A stretch of 64,000 bases of DNA from the NCBI RefSeq assembly GCF_009914755.1, contig NC_060926.1. One strand, written 5' to 3'. Below the pieces are notes generated by a model. That model was given only the letters and a program-made list of their open reading frames with translations. It did not search any database and had not been told where the DNA came from. Position 1 is the stretch's first letter, and every line of letters starts with the position of its first letter. The DNA is from the human T2T-CHM13v2.0 reference genome, Homo sapiens. The translations under genes and the position numbers were made by a program. Below are positions 27,981 to 49,763 of the stretch, piece by piece.

Positions 27981-28167
27981 CAGGTGTCAGCAAACTATGG
28001 TCTAAGGGCCAAATTGGCCTACTGCCTGTTTATGTAAATAAAGTTTTATTGGAATACAGCCACGCCCATTTGTTTACGTATTTGCCTCTGGCTGCTGTCA
28101 CGCTACAAAGGCAGAGTCGAGTAGTTGCATCTTCTGGTCCTTTTTGGAAAAAATTTGCCAAGCTCTG
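27981..28167. mobile_element. MER58A nested in an old MLT1 LTR (about 27920-28485)
   Basis: caggtgtcagcaaacta...gtaaataaagttttattggaatacagccac. Confidence 0.8.
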
Positions 28168-29105
28168 GTTTACAATGGCAAAGGTTTACTTCTCTCTCAT
28201 GCTGTTTGTTCATCATAAATTAGATGAGGCTCAGCCCTACATCACTGACACTCATGGCTTCTGCAGACAGAGCAGCCTCTGTCTAGAACATCCCTGGTCT
28301 TGGGCAGAGAGAAAGAAGACAAAGGGGCTCTTAAAGCCTTGGCCTGAAAGTGGCTCTCTAACTTGGGTCCACATTTCTTTCACTAAGTTATCACATGGGC
28401 ATTCCTGAGTCCACAGGCAGGGCTGTAGACTTCTGAGGAGGTGGGGCACTGGAACACTGGAGAACCGTAATACAAGCTACCACAGCATGTTTGATCACCT
28501 GCCAAGTGAAAAGAAATTCAAAGGGAAACACCGGTGGAATATCACCCTTCACCTTTGGCCGTCATCATAGACACATCTTGTTATTTCTAGTGTTGGTGAA
28601 AGTGGAGGGAAAGGGTGTCTGTATGATGTAATGGGAGTATAAACAGACAATTTAGGCAATTTGACAACAAATATGTCCTAACTTAAAAATGCAGACTTGA
28701 CCAAGCAACTTCACTTCTAGAAATGAAACATTAAAAAACAATCCTGCAAATGTGTCCACTTTGAGGATTGGTGCCACTTCCAAGACTGGGTTGGCCAGAA
28801 CCAGAAAGGAGTCTCCCAAACTCAAGAGAGTAGTGGTGACTCTAATAACAGAAATGAAAACAGCAGACACTGGGGAGTAGTCATGTAAATCCACATGGCA
28901 AAGCCAAGGTGAACTGCACCCTGAGAACACTTCTTCCAACAACCACTGTCACATCAACAGATCCATGCTCTGTCTTCATGTCCCTCTTTTCTGTACGTCT
29001 CCCTCCTTCTACTATTGACTTTACATATCTATCTGACCCTGTACTGCTCCAAGAGGCCCTCCTACATTGAGCTATTCAAATAGCAGATTCCATCATTAGC
29101 CTTAC

Positions 29106-29255
29106 CTTTCGATCTGGACTTTCGGGCACATTTAGTTCTTGCCTTTTGGACCCTCATCATGACCTCTGAGTTCCAGGTTGAGTCGTCTTTCCTTTGAGTC
29201 ACCTTATCCACCACTTGGAGCTTCTCTTGGATGCCATGCCCAGGTGAGGCTGCCC
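29106..29255 (-). CDS. SP110: SP110 exon 11
   Basis: (G)AASPGHGIQEKLQVVDK...ARKSRSK; 150 nt; paralogue of exon 9. Confidence 0.96.
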
Positions 29256-29609
29256 CTGGACCAAATAGACTTGTGAATAGTTTAGTGAGCTCCCTTCTCA
29301 TGTTCCCAGCCCCTACCCTTTCAGGAGTTATCTTGCCATTTCTCTATAATTCTCTCTTTTCTTGTGTGTATCTTTCTTCCCCCCAGACTCATAATACTTC
29401 CTTCTATTTCTCTTTTTCAAGTCCTCATTTTGTTTAGTAATTACAGGTGTATCAATTAGAATGCAAGCTCCACTAGTGTAGGGATTTGTGTCTGTCTTGC
29501 TCACTGCTGAGTTCCCAGGACCTAGGACAGATACCTGGCCCACACCTTACACTCCACTGCTGAATGAATGTTTAATAGGCACTAAAGTTTTGAAAATATT
29601 AAATGTATT

Positions 29610-36830
<7,221 letters not shown>

Positions 36831-37427
36831 ATGTATTTTTCATCCTTGCAAATAGTAAAGATTTCCCTGACTATTACATCAATAGGTTTCAGGGGGAGGG
36901 CAGATGCTTGCTAGAATTGAGAAGCCACTGCTCAGTTGGGGCCATTTTGGCAAGCTTAGACAAAATCTTGAAGCACAGTATTTGTTGGGAGCAAAGAGGA
37001 ATTTATAAATTCCAAAAATTACCTGTACCTATCAAAAGAAAACTTTGGAGGTCTGAATGTCAAGTTTTCCTATAAGTCATTGGTAGTGAACACTCAGCAA
37101 ATGACAGAGAGTATGTTTCCTCCAGCCTAGGGAGGCAGTGGGGTGGGGAACTAGGAAGAAGAGGCCAGGGAGGGGAAGTGCAAGCAGGCAGATATGACTT
37201 TCCTTCTAGGCCAAACCCCAAGATTGAGGCATGCTGGGAACAAGCAGAAAAATTAGAGGGATTTCCAAAGCAGTGAGCCTCATGTCCTAATTCATGTTTG
37301 GGAGCTGGGACAAGATCTCTTCCCAGGCTGGCTCCCATAAAGGTATAGAATCCAAGAGAATCCCCACTGACCGGCATATCTTAGGCCCTTTGTGAATAAT
37401 TTTGAGTAAAAGAATAAAGAAAAAGGG

Positions 37428-37570
37428 GCCAGGTGCAGGGGCTCACACCTGTATCCGAGAACTCTGGGAGGCTAGGGCAAGAGGATCACTTGAGGCCAGG
37501 ATTTCAAGACCAGCCTGGACAACATAGCAAGACCTGGTCTATACAAAAAATTTACAAAATAAATTAAAAA
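37428..37570 (+). mobile_element. FLAM / Alu left monomer
   Basis: ggccaggtgcaggggctcacacctgta...gaccagcctggacaacatagcaagacc. Confidence 0.8.
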
Positions 37571-38153
37571 AAGAAAAAGGGAAAAAGAAAGGAACAGAGA
37601 AAGGGAAGAGGGAGAGAATACAGAGGAGAAAAAGAAAAGTGGGATGAAGCAGAGGAACCAGAAAAATGCAGCTTTTTTGTTTCTTATTCTGCAAGTAACA
37701 CAGTTTGTGCACTGGAGTAGACACATGCATGCAGGCATGCAAGCAAGCATGGGTTGACTGAGGTAGTTCTGAACACTCTATGACTCCAAATCTAATCCAG
37801 TTTGGAACTGAAAGTCTGAATCCTGCCTGGGGATTTAGGTTACTTGTGTCTATTCTTCTGGGCTCTGACCCTAGACAGGAAACAATTCTAATCTCAAAAT
37901 TGTCTGATGCCTCATGTCCACCTCAACCCCATTCCCTCCCTATGATAAGAGAAAAGAAGACTAGGTATAAACCAAGTTGGTGTTAGGTTTGCTCTTCCTT
38001 TGTTGGGGAGTCTACTGATGGGGTGGCCTAGGGGACAAGGTTGGGGCTGGCTATGCTCCAGGCACATGTGGCTGGAGAGGAGGTCATGCCAGCTGGTCAG
38101 GTGAGGGGCCTGATAAACACCAAGAGAGTAACAATTTCACTTTTCTTCCTTAT

Positions 38154-38216
38154 GTCTTGGGCATTTTTTTTTTCTGTTTTCTTTTTGAACTTGGCCATAT
38201 TCTTTTCTCCTTTTTT
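38154..38216 (-). pseudogene. Degenerate pseudo-exon, third paralogue of SP110 exons 8/12, with intact acceptor and dead donor
   Basis: Aligns by eye to exons 8 and 12 including upstream intron flank; IWPSSKRKQKKK in the homologous frame; donor G|gtaag changed to C|ataag. Confidence 0.75.
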
Positions 38217-38454
38217 CTAAAAAAGAAAAAACCCACATCTTTTATGGCTACAAATATTGATCTACAAACCTGCAATGTCATTACTTTTTTAAGTAATTTT
38301 TTTCCTGTTTTCCCTGACTTTGAGAAGGCAAGAAAACCATGTGACCTATGTGAAAAAAGTACTCCATTTTAGCTGGAAATTGAATTTGGGGATTGAGTAA
38401 AGATGGATCAGGAATATACTAGAGGACTAACATTTAATATATGTCATTTAAAAA

Positions 38455-38733
38455 ATTTTTTGGGGACAGAGTCTTGTTCTGTTATGCAGGCTGGAGTGCA
38501 GTGGCATAATCTCAGCTCACTGCAATCTCCACATCCTGGGTCCAAGTGATTATCGCACCTCAGCCTCCTGAGTAGCTGGCATAACAGGTATGCACCCCCA
38601 GGCTAACTTTTGTATTTTTAGTAGAGACGGGGTTTCACCATGTTGGCCAGGCTGGTCTTGAACTCCTGGACTCAAGTGAACCTCCTGCCTCAGCCTCCCA
38701 AGGTGCTGGGATTACAGGCATGAGCCGGCATGC
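38455..38733 (-). mobile_element. Alu
   Basis: Reverse Alu body. Confidence 0.88.
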
Positions 38734-39644
38734 CTTATTAATTTTAAAATTAATAAGCAGTTTTTCAAGACTAGACAAAGATTGTTATAAACCATGGATA
38801 TTAAAAGGTTTCCTAGCCAAAATTCAGGGCCAGAAATTATACAGTTATGAGATAAACAGATTTGAATGTTTAAAAAATTAAAAATATACAGAAGGAGCAG
38901 GACTGAAAAAAACTGTTCACAGTTCAAAAAACACCCCGACACTATTAAAGCAAAAACAAGATTTAAATATACATAGCATATAGAAGGTTAATATCCTTAT
39001 TAGATAAAGCAAAAGATGAATGGTAATCTAGGAAAATAAGCAAAAAACATAAGTTAAAAATGCTCAAGGAGGAAATGAAGATGACAAATTTATTTAGAAA
39101 TCATCTCTATATTACTAATAATCAAAGAAACTCATTGTTTGGATGTTAAGGATACCTAAACATTTAAAAAGTTTTATTACATCCAGCATTGAGGATGTAG
39201 GAAATGAATACTCATATATTGTTAAAGGGAATATAAATCATTATGTTTTCTGGACAGCAAATTGGTAACATGTATAATTAAGATATAGATTTTAACCAAG
39301 TAAGCTTGTGTTTAAGAATCAATTCTAAGGAAATTATTGGACAAGTGTGCAAAGATACAAATACACACAAACCTGATTTCTATTTTCATATAAAAATAAG
39401 AAATAAACTGTCCACTAGTAGGTGATTATTTAAACAAATTGCGGTGAATCATACGTAACGTGCCATGCAGTTAAAAAAATAGATAACATTGATACAGAGA
39501 TGATACACAATGAAAAAAGTGATTTATAGAATAGACTATATAGTATGAGCTTATATATAAAAAGAAAAATGTATGCATACTTATATAAAAATAAAGTGGG
39601 GGAAGCAGATTAAATAGATGTTTAACTTTATGATTTATAATTTT

Positions 39645-41059
<1,415 letters not shown>

Positions 41060-41694
41060 TGATTTACAATTTTCTACACTGAAGATTTTATTAGGAATAT
41101 TGTATCACACAAGACAGGGTAGGCTGTGCTGCAGTAACAAATGAAACCAAATTTTGGTGGTTTAACATTGAAAAGTGTATTTCTCTATCACATGAAGTTC
41201 TCTGTAGGACAATAGGACCCTCTGTAGGACTGGAAGTCCTCTGTAGGGCCCTCCAGGGCTGCTGTCCTCTATGTGGTAGGTCATGCTGCTTTGGCCTTCT
41301 GGCGCCTCCCTCTTCCACACACTTCCACAGGCGGGAAAAGAATGTGGAGAGCTGCAATGGGCTCTTACATGCTGTGACCCAGAAGTGACACCCATCTCTC
41401 TGGCTTATTTGCCAGAGCTAGTATAGCAGAGCTGCCTCCTGCAAGGGGGATGATAATGGAGCTTTCCAAGTGTCTGGGAAGGGGAGAAGAATTGGAACTA
41501 GAGGAGGGCAGTCATAATGCCCACCATAAACATGGGCAGGGTGAGCACTGCTAGTTGTTCCTCTTTCTCTGGTCTCCCTTTTTCTTTAGTAATAAAGCCC
41601 CTGATTCTGAGCCCCTTATTCTTATAGATTAAAGATTACATTTCCCAGCCTCCTTTGAAGTCAGGTGTGGCCGTGCAACCAGTCCTGGCAATAA

Positions 41695-41968
<274 letters not shown>

Positions 41969-42273
41969 AGCAAATTATTAATGATAGCAAATTACTATCT
42001 GTGACCGGAAGCATTTAGAGTCCTTCAGTGGAGGAGGTGTGCCCTTCTTTGACTTTGCCATTTTCTCTTTAGCTGGAACATAGACATGCTGGCTGGACCT
42101 CAATAAAGGGGATGCCACATGCTGAGGATGATGGAGCCACATGCTGAGGATGATGGAGCAACAAGCAAGAATAAGCCCAGGACCCTACAGTGTATGACAC
42201 CAGCTCTTGACCACCTACCTCTCTTGCTTTAGCTACTATTATTATTATTATTATTATTATTATTTTTTTTTAG

Positions 42274-42624
<351 letters not shown>

Positions 42625-43993
42625 TAATCCTAATGGTGACAGCACACTGCTTTTAGAAAAGTCCAGGAACTTTTCTATGTTGAAAAAAAGTGAAATCATG
42701 ATTTTAAAAAGCATAACGCTTTTTCTGGCTTGGATGTCTTTTATGGCCTAGAATGGCATAATAACAGTAAGGTAACATCAATCCACACCACAGAGACCAA
42801 ATAGTTTCTTCTTCACACTTATGCTCTGCCCTGGGAGATTTTCCCAGAGAGAGTTTATTTCCATTATCCATAGGATCTTGGAAGTAATGAGAAAGTAATT
42901 TTTGAATAAGCAGTTTTCTATTTTGGGCAATAGTGAATTGACAAAGGTTTGACAGTATTCTTTCTGCCCCTTCCTTTCTATGGAGAACGATGGCTCCTGA
43001 AAAGAGTTCCTGGGGACCAGGTTGTTAACCCGGTGGCAGCCAGCCCTTACCCAGGGGATCCTGAAAAAAATCCATTAATCCTTTCCATATCTTAATTTCC
43101 TCATCTGCTAAATTGGAATAGGTCATTCAATCTTCTCCAAGGGTGGTTGTGAAAATAAAATAAAATTATCCATGAGAAAAGTTGAAATACTACTAGATAA
43201 GCCAGTGCAATATAGGAGAAACTGTTAAAATGATAATTTAGATTTTAAGGTGGTAAAATTTAATCCATTTTTCCTGACAATAATTAGATATTTGTTGTTT
43301 GAAAATCACATTTGTCATGTGAGAGTTCTGTGATTTTTGTGACAATGACCATATCACCAGCAAACAGACGAATATCTAGCTGTTTTTTCCCCTCTAAGGA
43401 TAGTGTTATCAACTTACTCCAGAAATGTGAATAATGGTAGCGATAGTGAGGGGTGAATTAACATGCACAATTTTACCAGCACATGCCCACAACTCCACCA
43501 GTTGTACATGCTCAGTCATAGTGTCACATGTGTGTTTTAATGAGTTTTTCGCTTCTCAATTTTCTCAGAAAGGCCACATGAGAAATATGGAGATTGGAAT
43601 TCTAGGAAAAAGCTTGATCCATGGGTTGGATCAAGCTGCACTTTGGACAAGCTGTACTTTCAGTATAGTACCATGAATATACTTAGGACACTCATTCTCA
43701 GTAATGGTGATATTGCTGCCAGTAGTGGAAAAACTCATTCTTGAGTGCTGAGAAAAATCTTATATAGTGCAGATATACATACATACATATGGACACATTA
43801 CATAAAATGGACATATATTTGTAGTAGTAAATATCATGGGAAGGGTCTTGATTAAGAAAAAAAAATCCAGAAGGGCTCTCTAGCACAGTAATAATGAAAA
43901 AAAAAAGTTAAGAAATATTGCCTCAGTGTAAGACAGCTCTGAATTTAGATTCCTGGTGACTGTACTCTGAGACCAGCAATCTCCAAGTTTTAC

Positions 43994-44074
43994 CTTGTGT
44001 GACCCTTCGTGGTGTACTAGGCGTCTTCTGGGACCTCTTTCCTTCATTCATTTCTGAAGTGCCATCAATGATCT
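43994..44074 (-). CDS. SP110: SP110 exon 10
   Basis: (E)IIDGTSEMNEGKRSQKTPSTPRRVTQ; 81 nt. Confidence 0.95.
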
Positions 44075-44345
44075 CTGGAAAATGAAAGATCTTAGTAAAT
44101 GCCCCTTGGGAAACACCATGGAGAATCTCCCAGAGACCCAGGAAGGCCCTTGCACACTCTGAAGTTGAGTCTTGGAGGCTCCAGGTCTTACCCTCCTAAC
44201 AATGCATCTACCAAGAGATTTGGTGCTGCTCATGACACTGTGCCTGTCTGCCACTCAGGGGAGGAGCAGACCGCAGTTGGTTAGCAGTGGTTACTCTACC
44301 AATGGAGACATCCACAGTGGGGTGCAGCCATCTGAACCCCTTGGC

Positions 44346-45462
44346 CAGAGTCTCTCAAAGTAAGGTCTGTGAGCCCCTAGGGGGTCTGTCAAACCGTTTC
44401 AGAAAATTTGCAAGGTCAAATTGTTTTCATAATATGATGTTATTTGCCTTTTTCACTATTTCAACCTTTGTACAGATTGAGCAAGAGCAATGGCAGATAA
44501 AACTGCTGGTGCCTTAAGACACATCAAAGCAGTGTCCCCAAATCTCAGCAGGAATCACTGCATCCTTTATTGCCACCTACTCACTGTACCAAAAAAAATA
44601 AAAATAAAAGCAAGATTCACTTGAGAATGTTTTTGGTGAGCCAGTAAAAATTATTAATTTTATTAAATTTCTACCCTTGAGTACATATCTGACATCTTAA
44701 TATTCTATGTGAAAAACTGAAGAGCACATATAAAGCACTTCTATTGCATCCTGAAGTACCACAGTGGCCTCAAGAAAACACTTGTGTGATTGAGATACAA
44801 GCTCACTGTATAATTCCAAATGTATATTTTCCAAACAGCTGTACTATTATAAAATCTTGCATTAGTAGAAGGTCCATTCAAAATGCAAGGTGGATTAATG
44901 TATTTTATTGTAACAGAGTATGAAGTTAATTGATATGGTTTCAAATTTTACATTACAACTAATATTTAAGAAACTATCACTTGTTGAGTGTTGGTGTAGT
45001 ATTAAAGGTGAATATCCACAGATATCTCAAAAGACTGTTAAATTACCTCACCCTTTTAAACTAGATATCTGTGTAAGGCCAGATTTTCTTTCTATCCTTC
45101 AATCAAAGCAACATATCACAACTGAATGCAGAAACAGTTGTAGGAATCCAGCTGTCTTTTTATAAAGCTCACTCACAATCAAAGAGATTTGCACAAACAT
45201 AAAATGATGTCACTCTTTTCACTAATTTTTTTTGTTTTAGAAAATATATTTACTTTTCATAAAATAATGCTATTTATGTTAACAGGCAATTGGTTTATTA
45301 TTGTTACTTTTACATGAATTAATATTTTAAAATTATTAGTTTTAATTTCTAATCAGGTACATGTAGATAGACATAAACAACATAAACAGAAGCTCCTTAG
45401 GGTCCTCAATAATTTTTGAGAGCATAAAGGAGTCCTGAGACCAAAAAATTTGAGAGCTGCTG
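44346..45462. mobile_element. Charlie1-type hAT DNA transposon (internally deleted)
   Basis: Ends cagagtctctcaaag...tttgagagctgctg; degenerate 8-bp TSD cccttggc/ccccaggc; residual transposase C-terminal dimerisation-like peptide (LVECWCSIKGEYPQISQK). Confidence 0.8.
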
Positions 45463-45687
45463 CCCCAGGCCACAGCTGTCCCTGTGAACACGTCTGTTTC
45501 TTCCACAAAACTTTTCAGATGCAACAGATGCTTGCTCTCTTTGTTCCTCTTGTTATACCCCATCCTCATTCTCTGTACTTTTTCCTTTTACTATTGACTT
45601 TACATATCTACTTAACTCTGTACCTGCTTCAGGAGAGACCCTCCCACACTGAGCCATTCAAATGGCAGATTCCATCATCAGCCTTAC

Positions 45688-45837
45688 CCTCTGATCTCGA
45701 CTTTCGGGCACATTCAGTTCTCGCCTTTTGGGCCCTTGTCTCTACCGTGGAGTTACAAGTTGAGTCATCTTTCTTTTGAGGAACCTGATCCACCCTTTTG
45801 AGCTTCTTTTGGATTCCGTGTCTAGATGAGGCTGTCC
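45688..45837 (-). CDS. SP110: SP110 exon 9
   Basis: (G)TASSRHGIQKKLKRVDQ...ARKSRSE; 150 nt; G|gtaag. Confidence 0.96.
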
Positions 45838-46539
45838 CTGGACCAAATAATGACTTGTTAATAGTTTAAATTGGGGTCTTCAGTGAGCCTCCTACAGTCC
45901 CAATCAGTGACTTCCCTTCTCATGCCCCTAACTCCCACTCTTTCAGATCTCTGTACCCCTGTACCTCACTTTTCTCCTCCTACTTCTCTATAATTATATC
46001 CTTCTTCTTATGTGTACCTTTCTTTGCCTCCCCAAATTACCATCTGCTTTCACTCCTGGTATGACCTGTTGCAATCAACTAGATAAAGCTGGGGAAATCC
46101 TAGAGCTTATTTCCTGATTTTCGTTTGTGTCGGCCTGCACCACGAGGTGGCCACACAGTCTCGTCTAGGTGGAGAGGAGGTGTCTTATAAAGCACCTCTC
46201 CAGGTTCCCCCACGGCCTGTGTGTGGTACAAGAGATTTCCAAAAGTTTCTAGGTGCCTTCAGTGGGCAAAGTGCAAGGTATTAAAAAAACTGAGAGGGAA
46301 GGACCCTGCCAAGAAGGCGGCTACCATGAGGGAGAGATGGAAGGTGAGGCTGAGACCCAGAGGAGGTGCAATGCCAGAGGGTGCAGAGGTGAGTTTGCTT
46401 CATTGTGGAAAAAGAACACAATTTTCACCGGCTGTTGACTTTAGAAGCTGATCCCACAGGATGACCGCTGTCCTGTTGAACAAGAACGTTTCTCTGCAGG
46501 TTAGAAAGGACACAGAGTGTGCAGCCATGCTTCCCGCAC

Positions 46540-46665
46540 GCAAGTGCGGTGATATCCGCAGGCCACTTCCGGAGGAAAAGGCATGGGTGAACCCTTAAGA
46601 GGGGGCGGAAGCGAAAGCCCGGTGGGACCCAGGGCTGGCGGGAAGTTCAAACACGGAAGTTACTG
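46540..46665. promoter_or_regulatory. Intronic CpG-containing promoter/enhancer-like motif cluster (ETS/GABPA, Sp1, E2F, EICE)
   Basis: CACTTCCGG, GGGGGCGGAAGCGAAAG, GGCGGGAA and ACGGAAGT within about 110 bp; local CpG enrichment in an AT-rich intron. Confidence 0.6.
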
Positions 46666-49600
46666 AATATTTATCCAGAAGAGGTGGGGCAGCCTGATAG
46701 AGCCTAAAACTTGCCTTTCATTGCCAAGTTTAGGGTTTTTTTTCTGCATAACTAAAGGAGGGTTTCGGAGATGAGAACACTTACAGAAAATATGAGAGTG
46801 TGGTATGTATATTTTCAGCACTACTATATATATTTTTCTCTTACAATTTTGAAACATCTTTTTATGTGTTTTGTTTTGTAAAAAATAAAGCTGATTAATT
46901 AAATGTAAAATAATATGACTCTTAAAAATATCTCTGTTGGGCTGCGGGCAGGGAGGAATGGGGAGTTGTTTAATGGGTACAGGGTTTTAGTTTTACAAGA
47001 TAAAAGAGTCCTGGAGATGGATGGTGGTGATGGTTGCACAACATTGTGAATGTATTTTAATACCATTGAGCTATGCACCTAAAAATGGTTGAGATGATAA
47101 ATTTTATGTCATGTGTATTTTACCCAGGTAAAAAATTGGAAAATTGGAAAAAAGAAAATTAAAAGCACATCATCTGTCACATTTAAAATAAAACGATTCT
47201 TTTAAAAAACCTGAAAAATTTCATTTAAATACAATATGAAGAAAGGCAAATCTGGAAGGGACTGGAGTCTACTCCTTTCGGTAGCTTGGCAGAGAGATGT
47301 CAAAAGGTCAGAGTTACCTCAACAGAACTGACCATCTGACACTGACTCCAGAGGTTTCCCCTCTCTAACAAAGTCACTTCTCTGACCAGGGAGTGTTCAT
47401 AATTGTATAGTTGCATAGACATTCCCTGTCTCCCTAATCCTATAACGTGTAGAGCATTGTGAGAGTGGGCATCTCACTACTGGGCTGCTGGCCACGGGGT
47501 GTGCAGAGTACGTATGTCTGCCCTAAATATGGGATAATAAGAATTTGGAGAATTGTATTGGAAATTTCCCTCCAATAACCTTTAGTTTGTATCTACACCA
47601 CGTGGTGCCCATAATGTCTATGACCCCTTTTCATAACACAATAATGAATTCATAAACTATCCTTTGTCAGATCATTATTCAAATTTTGGGTTACAGAAAG
47701 TATGGTTTCTTTCATTTTTTTTTCATTAAAAAAAAATTAATAGCTAATTTGTGCCAGGACATTACCATCTAGCCTAGAAGAGACACATTATGTAAGTAAT
47801 TACAATAGAGTATTTGGAACCTTCCAAAAGAGCCAGTGCTGGGTGCTGTAGAAATTATGGGACCAGCTTGGCTAATTTAGGGGTCAGAGTATGTATTCCT
47901 GAGATAGACATAAGTCAACACGACTGATGAAAAGGAGATAACTAAACATTTATGGGGAGTAGTGTAGGTTCAGAATATAGCATCCAAAGAGAATAGCACA
48001 TGCCAAGGATCAAAGGGGAGAGAAATGAAATGGGAAGAAATGAAAGTTCAGAGTGGTTGACTGGAGTTTTGAGTGGAAAGAGATATATTAATAGTTGGAG
48101 GGTAAGGCATGAGTTAGACTGGATAGAACTTTAACAATCACATTAAGGACAGTGAACATTACCCTAAGGGCAATAGGAGGCCATGGACAAGATTTAAGCA
48201 TGGAAATAAACTAATTAGATTTTAATGTAGAAAAGAAGAGGGTGAACCAATAGACCTTGTCAATATGCTAATAGAGTTCAGTTAGTCACGGATGACTAAG
48301 GTTTTTGCTTGGCACCTGGGTAGATTAAGTTCCTCATTTCAAGTTAAACTACAACAGGCTCCCAAGGGCCTGTGAAACCCTACATAATCTGATTCTTGTT
48401 TACTTTTTCACTTCCTACCACCTTCTTTCTTCATCATCACCAACAACACTGGTCTTTCCTCTCTGCCTCAGGTTCTTTGCACTTTTGAGTCCCTCTGCCT
48501 GGACCATCCAATCCAAAGTGACTCCCACCCCAACCTGCAAGTCACTATTGTAATCCTATCCATTATTTTCTTTCATCCTGTCATCAGTACTTGAAATTAT
48601 CTTGTTTATGTGCTTTCTAGTTTATATTCTTTCCTTCCCCCAGCCAGGATGTAACCTCCATGAGCTTTCCCCTTTGTTTTTTGCTTACTTTCTTACTTTC
48701 TCTCTTTAAAAAAAAAATCTGTCTTCAGCTTTCAGAATGGGTATATACAGTTAGTGCTCACTGCATATTTGTTGGAATAAATGTCTGAATGGTACTTAGA
48801 AGACTAGGTTTTTGGTAAAGAAGGTGAAGTTAATTTCAGGCATATTGAGACTGTAGTGTCAATGGGAGACTTGCAAACAAAGACGCCCAGTGTGCAGCTG
48901 GCTATGTGTTTCTTGAAGACAAACCTGAGTTGAAGACGTAGAGTTGGGAGCCATCAGTATAAAGGTGGTAATTGAAGTTGTGAGAGTGATTGACAAAGCT
49001 CAGAAGTGTGAGTTGAATAATCTGACTAGTTTACAATGAACCAAGGAGGCCCATAGAGAATACACATAACATGGTGAGAGGGCATTGACTAATAAGTAGA
49101 ATGGGGGAGAAAGCAGCTTGTCTCTCCTTCCTGCCCAGGAAGGTCACTTACTTTTCTTAGAATGGAATCATTTCTGTTAAGTGTCTTAAAAGGACACCAG
49201 CCCTGTGATTTTGGACACTGGGATCATACTAATGATAAACTAAGTCAGGGAAGAGGAGCTTTAAGCCACTGGCTTAGGCTGCCATCTATTGCTCTGTTTC
49301 CTTTTACAGCTAGAGTTGTCTACATATGTTATCACCTCCCATTCATTATCCTTCCCACACAACTGGCTCCTGCCTCCATCACCAAAATTTTTCTTAAATT
49401 TTCCAGTGATTCTTTGTGACCAAACTCAAGGCCCTCTTCTCTGAATTTATCTTAGTCTCTCAGTATAGTCAACCATTCCCTCTTGGCTTGCTAACATGTT
49501 CTTTCTTGGTGCTCCTCTGTCTTCACTGGTCTCGTTCCCTCAGTCTGTCTTGCTAGATTCCTCTTCCACTGGGATTACTTAGAGCAGGGCTAGGTCTGTG

Positions 49601-49700
49601 GTTCTCTTTTCTTCTCCCATAGATCAGAATACCTTTATTTTATTGATAACTCATATATATACATATATCTGGTCCAGATATTATATATTATCTGGTCCAG

Positions 49701-49703
<3 letters not shown>

Positions 49704-49760
<57 letters not shown>
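49704..49760. repeat. (TA)n microsatellite
   Basis: Direct reading; about 28 units. Confidence 0.97.

Positions 49761-49763
<3 letters not shown>

Noticed and set aside
42114-42157. 22-bp tandem duplication gccacatgctgaggatgatgga x2
   Set aside because: Local slippage inside an MLT1 LTR remnant; no functional indication
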